Positions 53,873 through 64,000 of a DNA stretch of 64,000 nt are shown here, one piece after another. Under the pieces are notes generated by a model, which ran no database searches, was not told the origin of the DNA, and was given only the letters and a program-made list of their open reading frames with translations. The DNA comes from Octopus sinensis. Lineage: Eukaryota. Position numbers and translations under genes: made by a program. Each line of letters opens with the position of its first letter. The stretch's first letter is position 1. The stretch covers positions 310,001-374,000 of the forward strand of contig NC_043015.1 in the NCBI RefSeq assembly GCF_006345805.1, written 5' to 3'.

Positions 53873-55039
53873 TAAAACATATACATGTTTACATAAATAT
53901 ATGAACATACATATATGTGTGTATATTCTGTATGTGTATATATGGTCTCACATATATTTGTTATACGTAAACGTATATTCACACACGCACAGACGCACAC
54001 ATATATACACACACAGATATTAACCAGGCTGTATGTGCCATATGTGGTGATCTGCTACTTAAATCTCTACCCTAAATGTAAGTAGGTAAACATAAAGGAA
54101 TGGACTGACAAACAAAATGAAGTGTGTAAACAATTTGAATTAAAAAGCTCTAACTACTGTGCATATAGCTTACAAGTGCGCTCATACAAATACGCACGAT
54201 ACACACACACAGACACAGACACGCACACACACACACACGTAAAATAAATACTGAGGCATACACACGCATAGGCACACACACGTATCTATATATGTATATA
54301 TGCATATATAAACAAACACACATGTTCATCGTCAGTGACACTTAAATAATAGAACGTCATTTCATTAATGCAGATTTTTATTCCCCTCATTATCATCAGT
54401 GTGTGTGTGTATGTGTTGTGCGTGCGTGCATGTGAGTGTATATATATATGTGTGTCTGTGGGCATATATATACACACTCACATACACATACACACATATA
54501 TATAGACGTATATCCGTACATATATCTATATACGTTTTGATATACATATATATGCATAGTGTCTCACCTCACAGACAGATACCCACACATACATATATAT
54601 TATAGTACATCCTTAAGTCTATAGGGAAATTATTCCCGTTGGTATCCTGTTGTGAGAGAAACATTATGACATTTTGAATTACGCTTACACTTCCTGGAAA
54701 AGTCCTGTATGCAAAACATCGGAAACTTCACTTACAACACCATGCTAATTTAAAACGCATTATATTTCTAGTAATAAATATTATTTTTTCAGTGCAATTC
54801 AATATTGATACCCATGGACACTGCGATATCTCTTTCTGGCATACACACTTCCAAACACACTAATACGTACACACAGGCATCCATGCACGCAGATATACAC
54901 ACATACGTACATATTTGGTGTCGATATTGTAATGATATTTGGTCGACAAATGATGAGGGTTGATCATGTCCTTATCCTTTGTGTGTATTTTTTTCTCGTT
55001 TTCCATATGTCCCTTTGCCAGCCCCCGAAATCACAAACT

Positions 55040-55085
<46 letters not shown>

Positions 55086-55114
55086 TGTGTATGTGTGTGC
55101 ATATGTGTGTGTGT

Positions 55115-55442
55115 GAGTGGCTTTGTGTACGTAGCTTGCTAATGAACCACATGGTTCCGGGTTCAGTCCCACTGCATGGCACCTTGGGTAAGTGTCTTCC
55201 ACTATAGCCTCGGGCCGACCAAATCCTTGTTTGTGCGTCTGTGTTTGTCCCCCCACCCGCCCAGCATCGCTTGACAACCGATGGTGGTGCGTATACGTCC
55301 CCGTAACTTAGCAATTCGGCAAAAGATCCCGATAGAAAAAGGACCAGGCTTACAAAGAATAAATCCTGGGATCGATTTGATCGACTAAAGGCGGTGCTCC
55401 ATCCAGCATGGCCACCGTAAAATGACTGAAACAAGTAAAGAG
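55115..55442 (+). mobile_element. SINE family A with internal deletion
   Basis: Head and tail present; the middle segment before the microsatellite is missing. Confidence 0.88.
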
Positions 55443-55880
55443 AGGGAGAGAGAGAGAAGTGAGTGACAGACAGATAGTTAGATCTATATGCTTACACAGT
55501 AATACACATAAGTTTGTGTTTGTGCGTGGCTGTGAACGAATGATCGTGAAACCATTTATACTTAAATTTATACGAGCGTATAGTTTAATGTTAGCCGCCA
55601 TTTTTTCTTTTTTTTTTTTTGTGTGACAATACTTTTCACTGCTACAATGCTATCAATATATTGCCATTGATATTAAAGCCAGATATCAAATTGCTGATAT
55701 TGATAAACTCTAATTGTTCTCATACAGTCTCTGTTCGGCGATTAAGATTTGTATTTATTGATTCAGTCTATATGGCCGCTGCCGTCATTGTCGCTGTGAA
55801 ATTTATACAGTGGATGTTTAGTGTTTTTGGTTATCTGTGATTGAGCAAGTGTGTATGCACACACACACTGGGCATATAAT

Positions 55881-55935
<55 letters not shown>

Positions 55936-55979
55936 ATACACACATATATATGTGTGTGGTGAGAGAGAGTGTATGTCTA

Positions 55980-56210
55980 GAGGCGAAAGGGCCCAGTGGT
56001 TGGGGCAGCGGACTCGCGGTCGTAGGATCGCAGTTTCGATCCCCAGACCGGGCGTTGTGAGTGTATATTGAGCGAAAAACCTAAAGCTTCACGGAGCTCT
56101 GGCAGGTGGTGGTGGTGGTGGTGGGGCATCTTTGCTGTACTCTTTCGCCGCAACTTTCTCTCTCTTTCTTCTGTAGGCTTGTTCGTCTAGCTACCGTGGT
56201 GGCATCATGC
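55980..56210 (+). mobile_element. SINE family C
   Basis: ggcccagtggttggggcagcggactcgcgg head. Confidence 0.85.
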
Positions 56211-56220
56211 GATATATATG

Positions 56221-56252
<32 letters not shown>

Positions 56253-56499
56253 TATATGCTTTTCTTTAACTTGTTTCAGTCATTTGGCGGCCATGCTGGA
56301 GCAACACCTTTAGTCAAACAAATCGACTCCCACCCTTCCAGTACTTATTCTTTGTAAGCCTAGTACTTACAACCGCTCAATTTAGTGGACGTAAACACAC
56401 CCGCAACGGTTGTCGAGTAATTGTGGAGGGAGGGACAGACACCTATTTGTATATGTATGTACGTATGAATGTGTGTATCTGTCTCCCTATCTATCTACC

Positions 56500-56817
56500 T
56501 ATGACTCAGCGATTAGGGTATTTGGCTCACGGTTGTAAGGTTGTGAGTTCAATTCCCGGTGATGCGTTCGATCCTTGAGCAAGGCACTTCATTTCACATA
56601 GCACCAGTTCACTCAGCTGGCAAAATTGAGTAGTACCTCTATTTCAAAGGGTGAACCTTCTCGCAAATCTGTGCCACGCTGCATCACCCTGAAATCTACG
56701 CTAAGTGTACAGGTGGCTGTGAAGTGCTCAGCCAACAAGGACGGTATTTCTATGTGCAAGCTGTACCGTTGATTGGATCTACTGGAACCCTCGTCATCAT
56801 AACCGACAGAGAGCCAG
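56500..56817 (+). mobile_element. SINE family D
   Basis: Homologous to 52749-53055. Confidence 0.82.
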
Positions 56818-57162
56818 TTATTAAATATACATGTATAAACAACATCACTGTCAATCCTGTCTGACTTATTCCAATTGTAATCTGTTTGACACTACTTAAT
56901 CTAATGAGTGCTGGATAATTTTAAACGGTATTCAGAGAAGCGTAGTTGTAATTTCTATGAAGTCGAGCGAGTAAACACTTTCAAAGTTGTCACGTTGGTT
57001 GGGTTATTAAACTTGTTGACATTAATTTTTAAAAAATTAGATGTAGCTACAAAAAAGAAAAAAAATCAGTAAGTAAATAAATAAAACGATATAATCCTTT
57101 TAATTGGTTTATTTTAATTTATCATCAAACTCGAATGGAGGTATATGTTACACGTTAGGGAC

Positions 57163-57965
57163 GGCGGTGAGCTGACAGAAACGTTAGCACGCCGGGCGAA
57201 ATGCTTAGCAGTATTTCGTCTGCCGTTACGTTCTGAGTTCAAATTCCGCCGAGGTCGACTTTGCCTTTCATCCTTTCGGGGTCGATAAATTAAGTACCAG
57301 TTACGCACTGGGGTCGATGTAATCGACTTAACCCCTTTGTCTGTCCTTTTTAGTCCTCTCTGTGTTTAGCCCCTTGTGGTTAGTAAAGAAATAGGTATTT
57401 CGTCTGTCTTTACGTTCTGAGTTCAAATTCCGCCGAGGTCGACTTTGCCTTTCATCCTTTCGGGGTCGATAAATTAAGTACCAGTTACGCACTGGGGTCA
57501 ATCTAATCGACTTAATCCGTTTATCTGTTGTTGATTGTCCCCTATGTGTGTAGCCCCTTGTGGGCCGTAAAGAAATTGGTATTTTGTCTGTCTTTACGTT
57601 CTGAGTTCAAATTCCGCCGAGGTCGACTTTGCCTTTAACCCTTTCGGAGTCGATAAATTAAGTACCAGTTACACACTGGAATCGATATAATTTGTTTGTC
57701 TTAATCCGTTTGTCTGTCTTTTTTTGTCCCCTCTGTGTTTAGCCCCTTTTGGGCAATAAAGAAATAAGAAACGTTAGCACACCGGTCGAAATGCTTAGCG
57801 GTATTTCGTCTGCCGCTACGTTCTGAGTTCAAATTACACCGAGGTCGACTTTGCCTTTCATCCTTTCGGAGTCGATGAATTAAATAGCAGTTGCATACTG
57901 GGGTCGATCTAATCGACTAGGCCCCTCCCCCCAAAATGTCGGGCCTTGTGCTTACAGTAGAAAAG
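57163..57965 (+). mobile_element. Head-to-tail tetramer of SINE family B
   Basis: Units ~57163-57393, 57394-57577, 57578-57766 and 57767-57965. Confidence 0.93.
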
Positions 57966-58019
57966 TGTATGTGTTACACACTATGTATTGATATATTCAC
58001 TAACATATGTGTGTGTTTT

Positions 58020-58420
58020 ATACTTTTGTTCTTTTACCTGTTTCCGTCATTTAACTGCAGCCATGCTGGACCACCACCCTGAAGGATTATAGTCATGCAA
58101 ATCAACTCCATGACTTAATTCTTAAGCTTAGTACTTATTCTATCGCTCTCTTTGCCGAACCATTATGTTACGGGAACGTAAATACTCAAACACCAGTTGT
58201 CAAGCGATGATGGGCGGACAAGCAAACACGCACACACACATAAACATATATACAACGGGCTTCTTTTATGTATCGTCTACCAAGTCTACAGAAGGCTTTG
58301 GTCATCACGTCGATGCGCCGTATCCTTAAAGTAGAAGACACTTGCTCCAGGTGCCACGTAGTGAAACATGTGATTGGGAAGTAAGCTTCTTACCACAAAG
58401 CTATGCTTGCACCTATGCCA
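58020..58420 (-). mobile_element. SINE family A, older copy
   Basis: Diverged but colinear with other copies. Confidence 0.8.
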
Positions 58421-59104
58421 TATCTATATGTGTGCGCGTGTGTTTTTGTGTTTGTGTGAGTGTGTGCTTATCTAGCGGCATTGATATATACACTTTTATA
58501 TATGTCTATATATATTCATACATGTATATATACATAGGCATAAGTCGAACAAGGAGAATCATTTCGGTGTTTGGAGAAATGTCTTGCGATAGTTATTCTG
58601 GCACGTTACATTCTGAGCCTAAAATCTACCGAAGTGTCCTCTGTCTTCGTCCTTACGGAGAAGCTAAAATAAATTAGTTCTCAATTACAGAGGTTAATTA
58701 CATCGGCTAACTCCTACACTCAAGACTGTTGCACTACTGCTCGAATCAGAAACTATCTGTCTTCCTACACACATATACACACACATAGATACATACACAT
58801 ACACACACACGGTATATATATATATATATATATATAAATATATATATATACATATGCGATATATAAGTTGTAAATATGCATACATATGTGCATATTTATA
58901 TATATGCATGCACAAACACACACACACACACACATATGGTTTTCGGTTTTGCATTTGGTTTGTCAGATTCATTATGTGAATTTGTGTGTTGAAGCATATT
59001 TTATTGCATTTGGGGAAAATCATTCTGTTTTAGTGCCTTATTACTTAACACACCCATCGGTTCGATTTCCATTCATTTACTTATCAATTTCTAAAATTTT
59101 CCAT

Positions 59105-59325
59105 ATATATCACCGTGATCACCGTGGCCGACCAGGCTATCAGATGTTGCTACACATCCCTGGTTACAATGTGCTTCGCATTGCAGGGATCGCCCCCCCC
59201 TGCCGGAGCCTCGTGGAGCTTTAGATGTTTTCGCTCAGAAACATTCACAACGCCCGGTCTAGGTATCGAAACCGCGATCCTACAACCGCGAGTCCGCTGC
59301 CCTAACCCCTGGGCCATTGCGCCTC
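59105..59325 (-). mobile_element. SINE family C
   Basis: Reverse complement of the head ending gggccattgcgcctc. Confidence 0.85.
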
Positions 59326-59368
59326 ACACACACACAAACATATACTAGATAAATATATATATATATAT

Positions 59369-59412
<44 letters not shown>

Positions 59413-59435
59413 GATAGATAGATAGATAGATAGAG

Positions 59436-59466
<31 letters not shown>

Positions 59467-59554
59467 AGATAGAAGATAGATAGATAGATAGATAGATGCT
59501 TGTTCTAGCTTTCACAATACTTTACAGTCCGCTTTTGTTCCTCTTTTACCTCTA

Positions 59555-59685
59555 AGTAAACTGGAGCAACAACGTGACATGTATCGCTTTGCTCAAGAAC
59601 ACAGCGCACATCTAGTCTGGGTATCGAATCCACGATCTCTCCGCTCGTGAGTGCAACGTTCTATCAACTAGGCCACATACCTTCA
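59555..59685 (-). mobile_element. SINE family D 5' part
   Basis: ctggagcaac...ttgctcaagaacac...actaggccac. Confidence 0.7.
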
Positions 59686-61316
59686 CACACATACACACCC
59701 ATTGACATACAACCGCTCACATTTACGTAAGTATGCATTGAACTGGTTATGTCATTCTCATATTTTCTTTGGACGAGTGCGATCGTCGATAAATTACTAT
59801 CGACTGTCTTGTTTTAATATATTACAGTTTGCAGTGGTGTAGTTTAACTGTGATGTTTGCTGTTCCTGTTGTCTTACTCTATGTCTAGACCGGAAATATT
59901 ATGTCTGTTGTTAGGATAGATGATTCTTCAGTAGACTGTCTTATGTCACAATTTCTATTGAAATGTTCTTGTCTTTTTATATATCTATTTACTAATTAAC
60001 CACTTCGAAAGAGTCTGCAGAAGAATGTTATACTTCTTTATAAATCAAAAACGATAGAAGCCATTTTGATCTTTTGATATAAAGAATGTATATAACTTTA
60101 TCTTGTACACGAGCTTACTGATGTGTTATTAACGCAACTTTCATTCAAGTTCTAGATGTATTGGGATAGTCATGTAACATTTCTTTTTAATATGCTTTTG
60201 TCCTTGAAGGGCTGAATGTTCTCTGTCGAGCTGCCTTTGATTTTATCCTCTGAGATTTTAACATATTTTCTTGGTTCTTGTATTTTTTCTTAGCCAAGTT
60301 TTACTTTCGTTTTGGGATTTTGCGCAACACACTTATGCCTTTGTAAAACTGCTGCCATTTAGCAGGTATATTTATGTTACTGCAGCACTGTGCAGATGGA
60401 GGTTTAGATTTATATTTTGATTAACAATTAACACAGTTCTTACTCCATGTCTCTCCACTATCTATAGAGTTACACCATCTCCTCTATTTACGACCGAGTT
60501 CCGTTCCGACGATAGGACGTAAGTCGATCTAGTCGTATGTCGGGTTTATATTTTTTTAACTCTATTTTCATTCATGCAACTGATGCTTGAAAGCGGTGAA
60601 TGACAGTAGCAGCAAGCGGATGCTTGGGTCTGATGGAGGCCTGCGTTGACAGATACTGCTATAGTTATCATATGCGCAACTGTCCAACGTCCGAAAATCG
60701 ATTTTTATTCATTTCTTTTTTGTGGTCGTAAGTCGCATAGATCGTAAGTCGAAGAGAAGGTGTATTCGCTTGATTATGTTATATATCTTGTCATCTCTCT
60801 CATCCCATCCCTTACTCACTCTCTTTCTTTCTCCAAACCCATCCACCTCTATCTCTGTTATATTTTCTCTTAATTTTTCAGAGACTTGTGGATACTCCAC
60901 GTGAACATTTTCAGCGACCTCTAATCTAGTAGAAGGAAACAGTCCGAATGTTAACAACACAGTAAAATTCGTTCAAAGAAAAAAACATGCCTCAGATATT
61001 AGTAGAAATTCTTTTGCTATACTTGCCAGGAAGTTACCAAAAATCTTATGTCTATATTTTTGGTATTAATTGGCTAGCAATAAGTAACAAAAATAACAAC
61101 GGGATATTTTGAAGGAAGCTCCAAACACCGCAAATTGTCTTTATCCAAATGATGTTTTTCAGTAACAAATTTTCCTCTACTGTATATACGTATCCATATT
61201 TTGTGTCTGCACTGAATTTTTTATAAAGAATTGTATAACAGCGTGATCTTGTTTAATCGTACGAACCATTTTTGTCGGAAGGCATACAAATAATGTTTTG
61301 TTGTTATGTGCGGATA

Positions 61317-61715
61317 TCTGTTATATAAAATCCGTTCTGTCTGTCTGTGTATGCGTGTCTTCTAGGATCTCGGGCATCCTCCATCCGATTGCGCTCAAAT
61401 TTGACATGTAGATACCGACGGTATCAAGGCGTGTATAAGTCATGAAAAAATTACAATAATCGATTCCAGGTGAGAATGCGATCGATAAAGTGAATAAAAT
61501 CGTTTTTCTTTGGAAGGTGTCTCAAATTTAAGTTAAATCAGTTTTTCTCAAATGGGAGGTCTATGGGACGGTCGGACAAGTTGTTTTGAGAAAATTTGGT
61601 TTAAAGGTTTGACGACTGAGCACCGCCCATTGGACGGGGGACGTTTTTCTCGTTTTAGATATGCATTAACAGATGGTGATTTTTTGACGCTTTCTGTATC
61701 ATTACGACATACTAG
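61317..61715 (+). mobile_element. Probable non-autonomous Helitron
   Basis: A|TC...TATATAAAA...(CTGT)n start like the 8333 element; ends CTAG|T; subterminal hairpin not clear. Confidence 0.5.
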
Positions 61716-62499
61716 TAAGTAACCTAAAGATCCAACGAGCATGCTTCATTGTCATCACCCGTGTAACTAGATATAACAGTTCAATCTCTCTCAAATCATA
61801 CCCCGACGTCTTAAACAAGCGAACAACATATCAAATTATACAATTCTTGTTATGCTATATAAAAATGAACTAATCACGACTAGAGTGCCTTCAATCATAT
61901 GTCTGTTCAATCAGGGTCGACGAAAGGTTAAATTAAACGACAATAACAATTATAAATACTATTTAAGGGAATACTTTAAAAGGTCAATGTACTTAATGCT
62001 AGTGAAATTAACGTAAATGCTAAAATCTCTTTCGTGACAGCATAATTGCTAGTCATCTCCATATTCACCTGCGAGCAGAATTTGTTCTTATCATGTTCAG
62101 AATATATGATCTAACCATCGCTTGTATAAGCCAGCTAGTTACCTTCTAGCTAGGTGCTTGCTCTGCTGTAGAAATAGAAGTTAAATTCATCAAAAGTTCA
62201 ATACTACGTTCTTTGAAAATAGAAGGTCATATTGAATAGTGTAATCTAGTGTAAACCATATCTTGAAAAGTCTGGGTGGTCACGGTTGAATTGCAGTAGA
62301 ACATGAATCCGATGTTTCAGAACTGAACTGGGGCAACATAACAATAATTAACATGCAAATAACAAAATGACCAAACTTGCTCTCATAGTTCGACTTCGAC
62401 ATAGCTTTCTTCTTCTTTCCTTTCCATTCAAGAAATCCTTTTTACCGTCTATATATATTATAGATTTGTGCTTCTGAAAACGGGTCACCACTCACGGTC

Positions 62500-62890
62500 A
62501 TGCGGAATTTGAACTCAAAAGTCGATGTCGACTTTGCCTTTTATCCTCTGGGTTCGATAAAATAAATACCAGCTGAGCACCAGTGTCGATAATATAAGTA
62601 ACAGTTGAGAAGTGGTGTCGATGTAATCGTCTTACTCTCTTCCCCGAAATTGCAGGCATCGTGCCAAAATTTGATACGGAATATTTCAACTGTTGCCAAG
62701 GCGGTGAGATGACAGAATCGTTAGCATGCACGACGAAAAGCTTAACAGCATTTCGTTCGCCTTTATATCCATAGTTCAAATTCCACTAGGGTCTCCAGGT
62801 TGATAAGATAAGTACCAGTTGAGCACTGGTGTCGATGTAGTTGACGTAAACCCGCCTCAAAATTGTGGGCATTGTGCCAAAATTTGAAAC
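62500..62890. mobile_element. SINE family B fragments (62500-62680 and 62700-62890)
   Basis: Nin-like blocks and gtgccaaaatttga tails; a short inverted piece at 62503-62524. Confidence 0.7.
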
Positions 62891-63194
62891 CGATATTACA
62901 ACCGTTATTGTTGTTGTTTTCTTCTTCTTCTTCTTCTCAGGACTCACACCATTAGTCACAAAGAATAATCTCTAATTCGAGCCTACTCTAAGCTACTAAG
63001 AATGCGTGTGGTAACTTGAAGATCCACCCACCACACGCGATAGACTGGCGATTTCACGGGCGCGAAAGCTACGTTGTTATCCTCAATCCGTAAACAGTGG
63101 CTTTTAACGGGTGGAGAGCTGAACCATCCTGAGGTACAGAGGATTCTCAATCTAGGCTAGGGGCTGAAAGTTTACCACACCATAGTGGGTTACA

Positions 63195-63410
63195 CCATTG
63201 TTCCTCTGCTTTGTGGCAGAAGTAGGAAGAAAGAGTGAGAGAAAGTTGTGGTGAAAGAGTACAGCGGGGTTCACCCACCACCTGCCGGCGCCTCGTGGAG
63301 CTTAGGTGTTTTTATTAAATAAACTCTCACAATGCCCGGTCTGGGAATCGAAACCGCGTTCTTACGACCGCGAGTCCGCTGCCCTAGCGACTGGGCCATT
63401 GCGCCTCCAC
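63195..63410 (-). mobile_element. SINE family C
   Basis: Reverse complement of head and body. Confidence 0.87.
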
Positions 63411-64000
63411 TGCTGTTGTTTAACCCTAGGTCATCCATCATAAAACAAATCTATTATGAAAACTGTTGACTCGTTTTATCATGCTGTCGTTTATTTTCAT
63501 TCATAGATCTTGAGAGATTTTACAGAATCTATGAGGTAGCTACAACACACATTTGGGACCAGGTTTCACGTATGAGGATAATACATTTTCCTTCCTTTTT
63601 CCTTCCCGAAGATCTGATTCTTGGGAAATGCCAGAGGCACTTTCCCTTCCTTCCTCGACCTAACAATAACATAATACTATATAATAAATAAAATCACCAG
63701 CTGAGCCCCATTTTGTTTCATTTCACTTCATTTCCTCAACGCATATTTCTGGAGGTTTGGTGGGGAGGATGGTAACACTACATCATAAACAACTACGATA
63801 TTATATATTTATTAGATGGAGGTTTTTCAATACGGTTTTACTTCGTTTGATACTACTCTTCCATTGTAAACAGTACTAAATACCAACAATATAGGTGACA
63901 TCAATTTCTTTCATTGTCTTCATTAATTAGCATGTACGAATCGTTAACGCATTTTACACAAGCAGGTCTTGTTTTCTGATGACCATGTAGCTAGCTTTTT

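Noticed and set aside
57163-57965. CRISPR-like array
   Set aside because: Units are ~185-230-bp SINE copies without unique spacers, in a eukaryotic context with no cas genes.
59740-60420. Decayed RT fragment (likewise 48540-49050 and 5320-5605)
   Set aside because: Only faint motif resemblance with many stops; cannot be supported without a profile search.

Overview
Eukaryotic, AT-rich and repeat-saturated non-coding DNA, probably intronic or intergenic. The SINE repertoire and extreme microsatellite load suggest a coleoid cephalopod such as Octopus; this is inference from recalled repeat families, not a search. No intact host protein-coding exon could be supported, and nearly all ORFs in the track are microsatellite or SINE translations. 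The window holds: dozens of copies of at least five tRNA-headed SINE families (labelled A-E here); decayed Tc1/mariner elements (one DD37D maT-type, two mariners); non-autonomous Helitrons; 3' or internal fragments of Tx1/L1, RTE and other LINEs; a Penelope GIY-YIG fragment; a ~1.15 kb tandem duplication; and a 100-N gap. The most notable signal is a set of minimal type I hammerhead-ribozyme folds in several small repeat families. One of them sits inside a Pol III (A/B-box) tRNA-headed SINE at 6575-6860, a candidate self-cleaving SINE/retrozyme possibly mobilised by Penelope-like elements. Boundaries of degraded repeats are approximate.
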